Shown: positions 19,351-30,224 of the stretch, piece by piece
Layout of the letters: each line of letters starts with the position of its first letter
How positions within the stretch are numbered: position 1 is the stretch's first letter
DNA from: an uncultured Alphaproteobacteria bacterium
GTDB taxonomy: Bacteria > Pseudomonadota > Alphaproteobacteria > Acetobacterales > Acetobacteraceae
DNA: 64,000 nt
Direction: 5' to 3'
Assembly (NCBI GenBank): GCA_963758415.1
Contig: CAVWVL010000003.1
Coordinates: forward strand, 42,022-106,021
Made by a program: the position numbers and the translations under genes
The notes under the pieces: generated by a model
What the model saw: only the letters and a program-made list of their open reading frames with translations
Database searches by the model: none
What the model was told of the DNA's origin: nothing

Positions 19351-21684
19351 CTAGTTCGTCACGTAAGTAAACATTCGCGTCGATCCGTCCGGCTGCTTCT
19401 CACGATAGATCCCTTGGATCTCATTCTCGAAGCCAGGAAAAAGATTAGCCCCCTGCTCGAACACTTTCAGATATTCGATCATCGGCCGGGCTCGTTCATC
19501 GAGGCGCTCGCCGGGGATGATAGTCGCGATGCCAGGCGGATAAACCACCCAAAGCGTGGTGGCGATGCGCCCTGAAAGTTCGTCTATCGGCAAATAATCG
19601 ACTTCGTTGCGGACAAGACGACGGACGGCTTCCTGCGGGCGCATTGCCAGCGTCGGAAAATGCTGTGATCGAAACTGCAGGCGTTGCAGACCGGCGGTGT
19701 CCTTGTCACGGTAAAAGGCATGCATCTCCCGACACAAATCACGAAGCCGCATGCCACCATAGCGCTGCGGCCGAAGGCGGACGAATTCCGGAATGACATC
19801 CTCCAACGCGGCATTGTCATCATGCAGTCGCTTGAAGAACACCAACGCGCTGAGCAGTGTTCCGGCCTTGCTTGACTCCACCCCCGGCGTCAGCAGGAAC
19901 AGAATACTGTTGAGGTCATTCTTTTCCGCCACGATCCTGTTTTCGCGCAAGTACTGAGCCAGTATTGGGGCAGGAAGGCCGTTGTCGCTGTATTCGCCAG
20001 TGAGCCGATCGAAACCTGGTGTCAAAACGGTCAGCTTATTCGGATCCGTCATCGCGTAGCCAGGCGCCACGTAACGATAACCGTGCCACGCCTCGCCAGG
20101 CGCGAGCTGCCAGTAGTGTGATCTCGAGGCCAGGTCATCAGTAGGCACGTCCTCCCATTTTGCCACGCTTCCGTTGTGTTCAACCAGATCTGGCACAAAC
20201 GGATCAAAGAACCACCGTCGTTCCGGATCGGCTTCGTTTTCAGTGAACTCGCGGGAGATCGCGCGCAGCTTCTTCCGAAGCTCGATACCCAGCCGGATCG
20301 TGTCGTCCCACAGAACCTCTCCCTGTCGTCCTTTCATCATTTGAGCACCGACGTCGAGCGACGCGAACAATGGGTAGAACGGCGACGTCGACGCGTGCAT
20401 CATGAACATCTCGTTGAACCGGCGATGTTCGACGTGACGGCGCTGACCCTTGATATGGCTGTCCTTCACATGGATCTGGCTCGCTTGACTGAAGCTCGCC
20501 AGTTGCTTGTGGCTGGACTGGGTTGCGATGATCCCGGGGTCCCGCGGTCCAAGGTCCTGCAGCCCCATGGCGAACCGGCCGCGATACAGCGGGTGGAACT
20601 TCATGAAGCCTGCCCAGGCCTCATCAAACAGGATGTAGTCGCAAAGCGGCCCAAGCTTCTCAAGAATGGTCCGCGCGTCGTAGATCGTTCCGTCATAACT
20701 ACATTGTTCAATCACAGCGACACGAAACGGCCGCTCGCGCTGCCAGGCCTGTGGATCGGAGACGAGTGGATGATTGCGGATTTTCTGGCGGATTTGTTCT
20801 TCGTCCAGCGCGTCATAATCGATCGGGCCGATCGATCCGTGCACGTTTCGGTCGGTCTCCAGGAATATCGGGATACCGCCGCCCAGGTAGAGCGCGCCAT
20901 GATGCGCGGCCTTATGATTGTTGCGATCAAACAGGACCAGATCGTTCTCGGCCACCAGCGCCTGCAGCACGATCTTATTCGACGATGAAGTTCCGTTCAG
21001 AACGAAATAAGTCCGCTCGGCGCCGAAAATCTTCGCGGCCTCCTTTTGCGCGGCCAGCGCAGGGCCTTCGTGCACCAGCAGGTCGCCCAGATCGAGGACC
21101 GAGTTGTCGAGATCGTCGCGAAAAATCGCCTCGCCGAGGTGCTGAATGAAAATACGGCCAATAGCGCTGCGCGCGTAAAATACGCCGCCGTTGTGCCCGG
21201 GGCAGGTCCACAACTGGTTGCCCTCCTCCGCATAGTCCACCAGCGCCCCGAAGAACGGCGTTTTCAGCGTATCAGCGTATTGGCGCAGTCTGCTGATCAG
21301 GTTCTTGGCGATGAAGTCGGGTGTCTCCTCGGCGAGGAAAACGTATCCATCCGCCTCTCGCAGGACATCGACTGGAATGTCCTCCAGCCGGTGGTGGCGA
21401 ACCAGAATGATGATCGGCATGTCCAGTCCGCGCTTGCGGATCAGCGCGACCAGCCCGGCCATCTTGCCCTGCGGCCCGCGCTTGCCCCAATCCAGCAGCA
21501 CGCAGCCTACGGCGGCATCGGTCTGGATCACCAGTTCGGCGTCGTCGACTTTATGCGCTGTCATGACCCCGTAGCCGTCGCGCTCGATCTCGTCGGCGAT
21601 TGACTGGAGCCTCTGACCCTCCAGGTCGGCCCGATCGAAGGCGGGGGCACAAATCAAGAATTTGAAGTGGCGGGAGTATTCCAT
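19351..21684 (-). CDS. PLP-dependent Orn/Lys/Arg decarboxylase class I, most like ornithine decarboxylase (SpeC/SpeF type)
   Basis: N-terminal wing domain; TCPGH; DRNNHKA; PLP lysine motif SSHKQLASFSQASQIH; EKNDLNSILFLLTPG, which is ODC-like. Confidence 0.9.
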   Translation of the reverse strand: MEYSRHFKFLICAPAFDRADLEGQRLQSIADEIERDGYGVMTAHKVDDAELVIQTDAAVGCVLLDWGKRGPQGKMAGLVALIRKRGLDMPIIILVRHHRLEDIPVDVLREADGYVFLAEETPDFIAKNLISRLRQYADTLKTPFFGALVDYAEEGNQLWTCPGHNGGVFYARSAIGRIFIQHLGEAIFRDDLDNSVLDLGDLLVHEGPALAAQKEAAKIFGAERTYFVLNGTSSSNKIVLQALVAENDLVLFDRNNHKAAHHGALYLGGGIPIFLETDRNVHGSIGPIDYDALDEEQIRQKIRNHPLVSDPQAWQRERPFRVAVIEQCSYDGTIYDARTILEKLGPLCDYILFDEAWAGFMKFHPLYRGRFAMGLQDLGPRDPGIIATQSSHKQLASFSQASQIHVKDSHIKGQRRHVEHRRFNEMFMMHASTSPFYPLFASLDVGAQMMKGRQGEVLWDDTIRLGIELRKKLRAISREFTENEADPERRWFFDPFVPDLVEHNGSVAKWEDVPTDDLASRSHYWQLAPGEAWHGYRYVAPGYAMTDPNKLTVLTPGFDRLTGEYSDNGLPAPILAQYLRENRIVAEKNDLNSILFLLTPGVESSKAGTLLSALVFFKRLHDDNAALEDVIPEFVRLRPQRYGGMRLRDLCREMHAFYRDKDTAGLQRLQFRSQHFPTLAMRPQEAVRRLVRNEVDYLPIDELSGRIATTLWVVYPPGIATIIPGERLDERARPMIEYLKVFEQGANLFPGFENEIQGIYREKQPDGSTRMFTYVTN

Positions 21685-21940
21685 GTTCCTGTATCCCCAG
21701 ATCGGCGGTCGCTCGTCATACCACCGAAGCTGTCGCGCGCGGCCCGGACATCAGGTGACATTGAACTTTCATGGAACGAGGCCTGGCCTGAGGTAAGACG
21801 ATCCCGCTGGGTCGACCAATCTGACGGAGCTGGCTCACTTGGTCCGTGCCCACGCCGAATTTCATGACACTTTCGTGTCATACGACGATCGCTCTTCATT
21901 CCCTTGACCATCTCGATAGGATGACAAACATGAATGTGGG

Positions 21941-23467
21941 ATGACAATAATTGATCGGTCTCATGTCTTTCCGATCCCGTTGCGCTCTGCCTTCGATACC
22001 GATAGCACCGCCCGGGCCATGTTCGATCACCTACAGCCCGACGTGAAGGAAAACGTTCGCTTGAAACACCTCACCTTTCCCGGCCGTTTCATCATGCTCG
22101 GCTGCGGCAGTATTGGACAAGGCGTGCTACCGCTGATCCTGCGTCATATTGATATTTCTCCTGCCCAAATCACGATTTTGACCGGAGACGAGCGCGGGCG
22201 TGACGTAGCCGAAGAGTACGGCGTCGGCTTCATGGTAGCACCATTGACCCGAGACAATTACCTGGATCGCCTGCGGACCCATGTTAACACGGGCGATTTC
22301 GTGCTGAACCTATCGGTCGACATCTCATCGGTCGCGCTGATCAGGTTCTGCAACGAGGTGGGCGCGCTATATCTGGACACCTGTATAGAGCCATGGGCCG
22401 GAGGCTATACCGATCCGTCGCTGTCGCCCTCCGAGCGATCGAATTATGCCCTCCGCGAGTCGGCGCTTGCGCTCGCGGCAGACTTTGCAGGCGGTCCAAC
22501 CGCGGTTCTAACCCACGGCGCAAATCCCGGGCTGGTATCTCATCTGGTGAAGGAGGCGCTGCTCAACCTGGAAATCGACGCCGGTCGAACCACGCCCGCT
22601 CCCACGACGCGTGAGGGCTGGGCTGAGCTGGCTCGGTCGCTTGGGGTAAAGGTCATCCACATCGCCGAGCGCGATACGCAGACAGCGGATTTGGCCAAGG
22701 CGCCGGGCGAGTTCGTCAACACCTGGTCGATCGACGGCTTCGTGGGTGAAGGCTGCCAGCCAGCCGAACTCGGTTGGGGTTCGCACGAGAAAACCTGGCC
22801 GCCGGATGCGCACCATCATGCTTTCGGCCGAGATAGCGCGATCTACTTATCCCGCCCTGGCGCGGCGACCCGGGTGCGGACCTGGACGCCCATGGAGGGT
22901 CCGTTCCATGGCTTTCTCGTTACGCATAACGAATCGATCTCGATTTCGGACTACTACACGGTGACCGACGGCCAGGCCGTCTTCTACCGGCCGACAGTGC
23001 ATTACGCCTATCACCCGTGCGACGATGCGATCGTCTCGCTACACGAACTGGCTGGCAAAAACTGGATCATGCAGCCGAGGCAGCGGTTGATGATGAACGA
23101 GATCGCGCGAGGTGTCGACGAACTGGGTGTCTTGCTGATGGGACATCAGCGGGGGGCTTATTGGTACGGTTCCCGATTGTCCATTCTCGAGGCCCGCCGG
23201 CTGGTGCCGCACAACAATGCCACCAGCCTGCAGGTGACAGCGGCTGTCCTGGCGGGAGTGATCTGGGCGATGGAGAACCCGAGCCGCGGCATCGTCGAAC
23301 CGGATGAGCTCGACCATGTCCGGACACTGCAGATTGCGCGACCCTATCTCGGCGAAGTGGTTGGCGCATACTCCGATTGGACCCCGCTTCAGGACCGCGG
23401 CCGGTTGTTCGAGGAATCAGTTGACCTCAGCGATCCCTGGCAGTTCGGGAATTTCCGGGTCGCGTAG
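21941..23467 (+). CDS. hss: Homospermidine synthase
   Basis: MLGCGSIG, YLDTCIEPW, HGANPGLVS, EFVNTWSIDGFVGEG.QPAELGWG, YRPTVHYAYHPCDDA, NATSLQV. Confidence 0.95.
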   Translation: MTIIDRSHVFPIPLRSAFDTDSTARAMFDHLQPDVKENVRLKHLTFPGRFIMLGCGSIGQGVLPLILRHIDISPAQITILTGDERGRDVAEEYGVGFMVAPLTRDNYLDRLRTHVNTGDFVLNLSVDISSVALIRFCNEVGALYLDTCIEPWAGGYTDPSLSPSERSNYALRESALALAADFAGGPTAVLTHGANPGLVSHLVKEALLNLEIDAGRTTPAPTTREGWAELARSLGVKVIHIAERDTQTADLAKAPGEFVNTWSIDGFVGEGCQPAELGWGSHEKTWPPDAHHHAFGRDSAIYLSRPGAATRVRTWTPMEGPFHGFLVTHNESISISDYYTVTDGQAVFYRPTVHYAYHPCDDAIVSLHELAGKNWIMQPRQRLMMNEIARGVDELGVLLMGHQRGAYWYGSRLSILEARRLVPHNNATSLQVTAAVLAGVIWAMENPSRGIVEPDELDHVRTLQIARPYLGEVVGAYSDWTPLQDRGRLFEESVDLSDPWQFGNFRVA

Positions 23468-23485
23468 TTCTGGTCGGCAATCGCA

Positions 23486-24484
23486 ATGGCAGCCGGAGTG
23501 CGCAAGGGCGGCCTGGCGTGGCGAGACCAAACAGAAGCGCGCTGCTCTGGAGTCGATTTGTGTTTTCGCGTCACAACGCGGCCATATTCTCGACTAGTGG
23601 ACGCATTTTACCGAGAGTACACGCGGTCATCGGTGCGCTTTACTGAGCGTGAAAATCGCGCCGGTTTGCGTCTATGCCTGTCCATGAACGGAGCCAAGGG
23701 GAAGAGCCTGCGCGCCCGGTTTGGGCAAAGCCGGGAACATGTAGCGGTCCTTCAGGACGCTCGCGGACAGATCGCCGCGGCAATGAATTTCATCTGCTTT
23801 CCGATCAACGACCGGATGATGACAGTTCATACGATATACGTAATCGTCAACCCTGCATGGCGGGGACGTGGGCTGCTGCGCATCGCCTATCGAAAGATCA
23901 AGGACGTTTCCGCTGAATATGCCCATGAGGTCGGGATGCATGCCGAAACAGTGATAATCTTTATCGGCGAGCAAAAAGATCCGTTTAAGATGACACTTGC
24001 GAGCTTTCAGGCGGATGCCGGAATTTCCGGGCATGATGCATTTGATCGGCTCGCTATGTGGGGGGCACTGGGCGCGCGGCCATTGGCATTTAGCTATGTT
24101 CAGCCGTCACTCCGAACAGGCGGTGCGCCCAATTCCTCACTGTTCTTACGGTTGCTTTATCCCGCGGAAACGTTGCCTGTCGCCCAAGCTCTAGACCCGG
24201 CGATACTCAAGGAGCATCTGCGCCGTTTCTTCGCGATTTCCGTGGCCAAGGGTCAGTATGATCCCGAGAATTTGCCGGAGGTCCGCCATCAGATGATGGA
24301 TCTTGAGACGCGGCTCATTCTTGGCCAGGGCGTTATTACGCATGAGATGCCCGCCCTGGCTCGGCTCGCTCAATGGAAGCGAGCGACGCTCCGTTTGCTA
24401 GATTCCAAAGCCCATTCAGGCGACTCGACAATCGGCTCGCTCATCGGCATTCCCTCGGTGCCGGAATTACTCCGCGGGGAGTAG
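23486..24484 (+). CDS. GNAT-family acetyltransferase-like protein (start uncertain)
   Basis: Acetyl-CoA binding motif IYVIVNPAWRGRGLLR; starts 18 nt after the hss stop. Confidence 0.6.
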   Translation: MAAGVRKGGLAWRDQTEARCSGVDLCFRVTTRPYSRLVDAFYREYTRSSVRFTERENRAGLRLCLSMNGAKGKSLRARFGQSREHVAVLQDARGQIAAAMNFICFPINDRMMTVHTIYVIVNPAWRGRGLLRIAYRKIKDVSAEYAHEVGMHAETVIIFIGEQKDPFKMTLASFQADAGISGHDAFDRLAMWGALGARPLAFSYVQPSLRTGGAPNSSLFLRLLYPAETLPVAQALDPAILKEHLRRFFAISVAKGQYDPENLPEVRHQMMDLETRLILGQGVITHEMPALARLAQWKRATLRLLDSKAHSGDSTIGSLIGIPSVPELLRGE

Positions 24485-24516
24485 CGGCGGCCTCATTGCC
24501 GCGCTACCCAACGCCC

Positions 24517-26163
24517 TCAAAACACCTGCCGCAGGATCACATACAGCGAGCCGGCGATCACCATGGCCGCCGGCAGGGTCATCACCCAGGCGAGCGCCAT
24601 GTTCTTGATCGTGCTCCACTGGAGGCCCGATCCGTTCGCCGCCATTGTGCCGGCGACGCCGCTCGACAGCACGTGGGTCGTTGATACCGGCAGACCGTAG
24701 GCATCCGCCAGGCCGATCGTTGCCATGGCGACAATCTCGGCCGAGGCGCCCTGCGCGTAGGTCAGATGGGTTTTGCCGATCTTTTCGCCCACCGTGACCA
24801 CAATGCGTTTCCACCCAACCATCGTGCCCAGCCCCAGCGCCAGCGCGACCGAAACCTTCACCCATGTCGGGATAAACTTGGTGCCACTGTCCAGGGACGA
24901 CCGCAGCGACTTGAGCTTGGTGATGTCAGCACCGTCAAAACCGGCCGGGCTGGCGCCCATCACACGCACCGCATCGGAAGCCAGATACATGTCGTTGCGG
25001 ACGTTGGACGTGGCAGCGGCTGGTATGTCTTTGATCGCGCCGTAATCCTTGACCTGCCGTCCGATATCCGCGGTGAGCACCGCGAGTGCGGCATAGACCT
25101 CAGGCGTGTTGACCTCTTTGGACTTCAGCGCGTTGCCGACCGTGGCACGCGCCGCCGCGGCGTTTGCCGGCAAACCGCTGTTCCCGGCATGCGTCTGGAA
25201 CACCTGCTTCGCGGCCTCCGTCGCTTGAAGGAACATCGGCGTCGTGCTCTCAGGGATCGCGCGGTTCAGCGCGTAGGCAGTCGGTGCGGCGCCGATCAGA
25301 ATGAGCATGATCAGGCCCATACCCTTTTGCCCGTCGTTGCTGCCGTGGAAGAATGAGACGCCGGTGCATGTCAGCACCAGCAGGGCGCGGATCGGCGCCG
25401 GCGGCGGCTTCCTGCCCTCGGGCGCGGTGTAGAGCGATGGGCTCCTGACGACCACTTTCATTAACAGCAGCAGCAGCGCGGCAAGCACGAAGCCGATCAG
25501 AGGGCTGAACAGCAGGGCCTTCAACACATTGACCGCCTGCGCCCAGTCCACACCCGAGGTCGCCGATCCCGCCGGTGCGATAAGCTGGTTGGCCAGGCCT
25601 ACGCCCATGATGGAGCCGATCAAGGCATGCGACGAACTGTTCGGCAGCCCCATCGCCCAGGTGCCGAGGTTCCAGATGATCGCCGCGATCAGCAGGGCGA
25701 AGATCATCGCATAGCCGGCGCCGCTGCCAACCTGCAGGATCAGCTCCACCGGCAGCAGGGTGACCACGGTGAACGCGACCGCGCCACTCGACGTCAGCAC
25801 GCCCAGGAAATTGAAGGTTCCCGACCAGATCACCGCCACCAGGGGCGGCATGCTGTGGGTATAAATGACCGTCGCAACCGCGTTTGCCGTATCGTGGAAG
25901 CCGTTGACGAACTCGAAGCCCAGGGCAATCAGCAGGGCGATACCCAGCATCACAAATGCCCCGATGGCGAGGGTATGCTCACCCACGGCGCTGATGTCGT
26001 TCGAGATGCTGAAGGCCGCGTAACCAAGGCCCGCGACAAGCACCAGCAGAAAGGCGACGGCCCCCCCGATATGTGGCTTGCTGTCCAGATGTGGACGTGG
26101 CGACGCCATCCCTGCTCGCGACGGAATGTCCGTCATGGCGTTATCCATCGATGTATCCGACAT
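24517..26163 (-). CDS. pitA: Inorganic phosphate transporter (PiT family)
   Basis: EFVNGFHDTANAVAT, FFHGSNDGQK, PVSTTHVLSSG. Confidence 0.93.
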   Translation of the reverse strand: MSDTSMDNAMTDIPSRAGMASPRPHLDSKPHIGGAVAFLLVLVAGLGYAAFSISNDISAVGEHTLAIGAFVMLGIALLIALGFEFVNGFHDTANAVATVIYTHSMPPLVAVIWSGTFNFLGVLTSSGAVAFTVVTLLPVELILQVGSGAGYAMIFALLIAAIIWNLGTWAMGLPNSSSHALIGSIMGVGLANQLIAPAGSATSGVDWAQAVNVLKALLFSPLIGFVLAALLLLLMKVVVRSPSLYTAPEGRKPPPAPIRALLVLTCTGVSFFHGSNDGQKGMGLIMLILIGAAPTAYALNRAIPESTTPMFLQATEAAKQVFQTHAGNSGLPANAAAARATVGNALKSKEVNTPEVYAALAVLTADIGRQVKDYGAIKDIPAAATSNVRNDMYLASDAVRVMGASPAGFDGADITKLKSLRSSLDSGTKFIPTWVKVSVALALGLGTMVGWKRIVVTVGEKIGKTHLTYAQGASAEIVAMATIGLADAYGLPVSTTHVLSSGVAGTMAANGSGLQWSTIKNMALAWVMTLPAAMVIAGSLYVILRQVF

Positions 26164-26411
26164 AGTCAGCCCCCGGCATGCGTGCGATGGCTGTAGCCCG
26201 GGCTGGCGCCGGCTTCGATGTCAGCCGCGTGACAAATCGATGGCGAAACTAACATGACAGTATCGGCGGCAACCCGTTTGGACTATTCCCTCGGCCCATG
26301 AAAGACGCAGCCGGCTCAGTCAGTAGGGCGAGGAAGTTATGGCGGTCATCGGGTGTCCGCGCCGCGCTTCGAACTTGATGGCCATGTCGAGAGCCCGAGG
26401 GATGATGTTTG

Positions 26412-27794
26412 ATGTCCAGCCCGACCGACCCGCTTCCGTCTGACGCGATTGTCTTTTTCGGTGCAACGGGGGACCTGGCCTACAAGCAGATCTTCCCATC
26501 GTTGTTCGGCCTGGTGCGCGATGAGGGTCTTAACGTCCCCATCGTCGGCGTTGCCAAATCCGGCTGGGGGCTTGATCAACTCCGGGAGCGGGCAAAGGAC
26601 AGTCTGGCCCATCACGGTCTGAGCGATCAGGCGACGCAGGACAAGCTGCTGGCGCTGTTGCGCTACGTCGACGGCGATTATGCCGATCCGGCAACCTTCA
26701 CCAAGCTGCACGACGAACTCGGTGAGGCAAAGCGGCCGCTGCACTATCTCGCCGTACCGCCCAGCCTGTTCGGCACCGTGGCCGCCGGGCTCTCGCAGTC
26801 AGGTGCGGCGCACGACGCAAGGCTGGTGATCGAAAAGCCGTTCGGCCATGACCGAGCCTCGGCCAAGCAACTCAATAGCACTTTGCGGAAGTATTTCCCC
26901 GAGGAGAGCATCTTCCGAATCGACCACTTCCTCGGCAAGGAGCCGGTGCAAAATCTGCTCTACACACGCTTTGCCAATCCAATGTTTGAGCCTCTCTGGA
27001 ACCGCAACCATGTGCGCAGTATTCAGATTACCATGGCCGAGGATTTCGGCGTGCAGGAGCGTGGCAAGTTCTACGACGAAACCGGCGCCAACCGCGATGT
27101 GTTGCAGAATCATTTGTTACAGCTTCTGGCGCAGTTGACGATGGATCCGCCAACCGGCGAGGAGCATGAGGCGCTCCGCGACCAGAAAGCGGCGTTGCTG
27201 AAATGCGTGCGGCCGGCCGATCCGGCCCATGTGGTTCGTGGCCAGTATGCCGGCTATCGCAAAGTCGCCGGGGTTCGGCCGGATTCCAGTGTCGAGACCT
27301 ATATCGCGGTGAAGCTCTTCATCGAGAGTTGGCGGTGGGAAGGTGTGCCGATCTATATCCGCGCCGGCAAGCACCTGCCGGTCACCGCGACCGAGCTATG
27401 CGTTGAATTCCAGCGGCCGCCGCGTGAGACCTTCGGAGAACTTGTTTCGGGATCGTCGGCCCATCTGCGATTTCGCCTGAGCCCCGACATGGCTATCGGC
27501 ATGGGATTGCGGGTGAAACAACCGGGCGAACGCATGGAAGGCAACGACGTGGAACTGATGCTGACCGAGCAGCCCGCGGGGTTCCGGCCGCCATACCAGC
27601 GCCTGCTTGGCGACGCGATGCACGGCAACGGCGATCTGTTTGGACGCGAGGATATCGTCGATGCGCAATGGCGCATTGTGCAGCACATCCTCGGTGATGT
27701 AGCGCCCCTCTACACGTATGAGAAAGGCACATGGGGACCAGATGAAGCAACGCGCCTGATTGGTCGCGACGGACCGTGGCGTGATCCCAGTTGA
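26412..27794 (+). CDS. zwf: Glucose-6-phosphate 1-dehydrogenase
   Basis: FGATGDLA, EKPFG, RIDHFLGKE, QNHLLQ, WEGVPIYIRAGK. Confidence 0.95.
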   Translation: MSSPTDPLPSDAIVFFGATGDLAYKQIFPSLFGLVRDEGLNVPIVGVAKSGWGLDQLRERAKDSLAHHGLSDQATQDKLLALLRYVDGDYADPATFTKLHDELGEAKRPLHYLAVPPSLFGTVAAGLSQSGAAHDARLVIEKPFGHDRASAKQLNSTLRKYFPEESIFRIDHFLGKEPVQNLLYTRFANPMFEPLWNRNHVRSIQITMAEDFGVQERGKFYDETGANRDVLQNHLLQLLAQLTMDPPTGEEHEALRDQKAALLKCVRPADPAHVVRGQYAGYRKVAGVRPDSSVETYIAVKLFIESWRWEGVPIYIRAGKHLPVTATELCVEFQRPPRETFGELVSGSSAHLRFRLSPDMAIGMGLRVKQPGERMEGNDVELMLTEQPAGFRPPYQRLLGDAMHGNGDLFGREDIVDAQWRIVQHILGDVAPLYTYEKGTWGPDEATRLIGRDGPWRDPS

Positions 27795-28108
27795 TCGATT
27801 GGATTGGCTCCAGGCGCTGGCCCCGCGCCACGCCCGATCTCACTTTGCATCCCATCATCGAACTGTTCGGGACGCACCAGGGAAGTCTTGAGGTCGCACC
27901 TGGGTTTGCGCTTTTCAGCGCGCGAAGGCTCGCTCAAAGCTTGACCCCTCGGCCGCTAAGCCCATACCAGAGTGAATGTCGTGGCATCGCTGTCGATTTG
28001 TACGGGAGTTCGGCCTGATTTGCGCTCGATCGGTAATTCGATTTTCGCTAGTGGCAGCCGAAACGATCCTGTTCTGATCCTGGCTACCACTGGAAAGCGG
28101 CAATTCCC

Positions 28109-28901
28109 TTGGTGAAGACCCTGACCATGGACCGTCGAGCACAGACCGCCACCGAGACGGTCGGACGTTTCGTATACGGGGGGATCGATACATCCAAGGC
28201 AGTCCCAGCTTCACTCCTCTATGCCATCGGCGACGTGCACGGAATGAACGATCTGCTGGCGCGTCTGCTCGCCGCGATCGAAGCCGATGCCTCGCACCGC
28301 GGACTACCCGCGACGGTTGTATTTCTCGGAGACGTGGTAAATCGAGGCGCGCAGACACGGCAAGTGCTTGACCGGCTCGTTGCTGGACCGACGCGGGTCG
28401 ATGATCGCTGGATCGTTTTGCGCGGCAACCATGAGCAAATGATGCTTGACGCGCTTTTGGCCGACAGCCAGACCACCTTCCGGCGGTGGCTGAAGACAGG
28501 CGGAGCACAGACCCTCGCGTCCTACGGCTCCACTCGAAAGAAAGTCTCGCCAGAACTCCGCTCGGCAGTTGATCGATCCCGAGCACGTCAAATTCCTCGC
28601 GGACCTGCCGCTTATGCACGTCGTCGGAGACTACTTGTTTGTCCATGCCGGGGTCGAACCAGGCGTGCCGCTGGAACGCCAGGATGCCAGCACTCTGACG
28701 ACGATCCGTGGACGGTTTCTGAGAAAGCCCCATGGGCTTCCGTTCACCGTGGTTCACGGCCACACGCCGACAGACGGGCAGCCTCGTCTCGGACCGGGAC
28801 GTATTGGCATCGACACTGGAGCGTATTTCACGGGTATACTCACGGCGGTCGCCATTGACCCTGATCAGCGCGGCCGAAGGTTCATCAGCGTCCCGACGTA
28901 G
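28109..28901 (+). CDS. Ser/Thr-phosphatase-like metallophosphoesterase, +1 frameshift at about 28554 (probably a sequencing error)
   Basis: GDVHG, GDVVNRG, LRGNHE in the 28109 frame; FVHAG, VVHGHTP, IGIDTGA in the 28569 frame; removing one A at 28554/28555 gives PDSARQLIDPEH. Confidence 0.85.
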
Positions 28902-29087
28902 ATGCCGGTACGCGGATGCAGGTGCGCGCGGCCGATGGTGAATCGTTGAACCGGACAAGTTAATTACCTATCGACAGTCGGGCGACACCAGCCTGCGGCA
29001 CGTCTGGCGCGACTTTCGCAACGCGAAACCATTCTGGACGCAGGCGCTGGCACACCGGGGGATCCGGTGACGAAAACCCGGCGGCGG

Positions 29088-30047
29088 TCAGAGCAGGCGC
29101 TTCCACCGCAATAGCAGCAGTGTGACAACAACGGCGAACACACAGACCATGGCGGCCCAGGCCGTGCCAAAAGGTGCCGCGTCACCGGCCCAGAGCAACC
29201 CCCCGGTATTCATGCCAAAAAACCCGGTGACGAAAGTTGCTGGCAGCAACAGTGTCGTAACGAGCGAGACTATGTAAAGCCGGCGGTTGGTCTCTTCGGT
29301 CATTCGTGTCGTAAGCTCATCGTGCAGTGAGCGCGAGCGGTCATGCAGCGCCACGATGTCGTCCAATGCGTCATGGAGGCCGCGTTCAGCAGTATCGTGG
29401 CCGTCGGGTTTTGCCCACTCAGGAAACTCGTCGGATTGCTCATGCAGGGCGCGAGCCAGCGGAGACAAGGCTCGCTTCAGGCGTGTCGCCTCCCGCCGTG
29501 CGAGGCCGAGACGGCTGCCCAGATCGGCCAGGCGCGTCTCCTCGCGATCACCGATCAATGCATCCTCGACCACATCGAGGTCCTCATGGAGCTTGGACAA
29601 GCGACTCCGCACCTCGCGCGCGAATTCGGCGATCCGGCGGTCGATGAGCGCGGCCGGGCACGACGGTTGCGATGACGCGTTGGCACTCTCGTAAATGTCG
29701 ACCAGGGTCCGATTGAAGTGTCGCCGCCCAGTGACCAGGCGGCCTGGCACCATAGCGAAATGCCAGCAGACGATCTCGTCCTCCTCGCTTTCGCCGGTGC
29801 GGGCGTAAGCAGGCACAACACCCGCCACCGCGTTCCCGTCGGTGAGGATGCGTGGACTCTCATCGGCGCCGGTTACCAGATGCCGCGCGAACTCGGGCAA
29901 CATGGCGTCCTTCGTAATGACCGTTTTCGCCTGGGCATGTACAAGATCGAAGTGGAGCCAATCCCAGGGCCGCTCCTCGCCACGGCCAGGAAATTTGAGT
30001 GACCAAGACATCCCGTCCACGTTGATCGGTTCGATAGTCAATTCCAT
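29088..30047 (-). CDS. CorA/ZntB-family divalent cation transporter
   Basis: LLPATFVTGFFGMNTGG (GMN motif), two C-terminal TM helices, WLHFD in the N-terminus. Confidence 0.9.
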   Translation of the reverse strand: MELTIEPINVDGMSWSLKFPGRGEERPWDWLHFDLVHAQAKTVITKDAMLPEFARHLVTGADESPRILTDGNAVAGVVPAYARTGESEEDEIVCWHFAMVPGRLVTGRRHFNRTLVDIYESANASSQPSCPAALIDRRIAEFAREVRSRLSKLHEDLDVVEDALIGDREETRLADLGSRLGLARREATRLKRALSPLARALHEQSDEFPEWAKPDGHDTAERGLHDALDDIVALHDRSRSLHDELTTRMTEETNRRLYIVSLVTTLLLPATFVTGFFGMNTGGLLWAGDAAPFGTAWAAMVCVFAVVVTLLLLRWKRLL

Positions 30048-30224
30048 GACTTGTCCCGTGACCTTGGGCCGGCGGCTTGGCTTGCCGACTGAAACAGCCA
30101 TTAGCAGCAGGATCGCGGATCGCAAGATCGGAGATGGTCGCTCGGTCAGGGGAATGGATGATGGTTTTGTGTCAGTCTCTGAACACTCTACCATCGATGT
30201 GAACTAACCGGTAACGTTTGCCGG

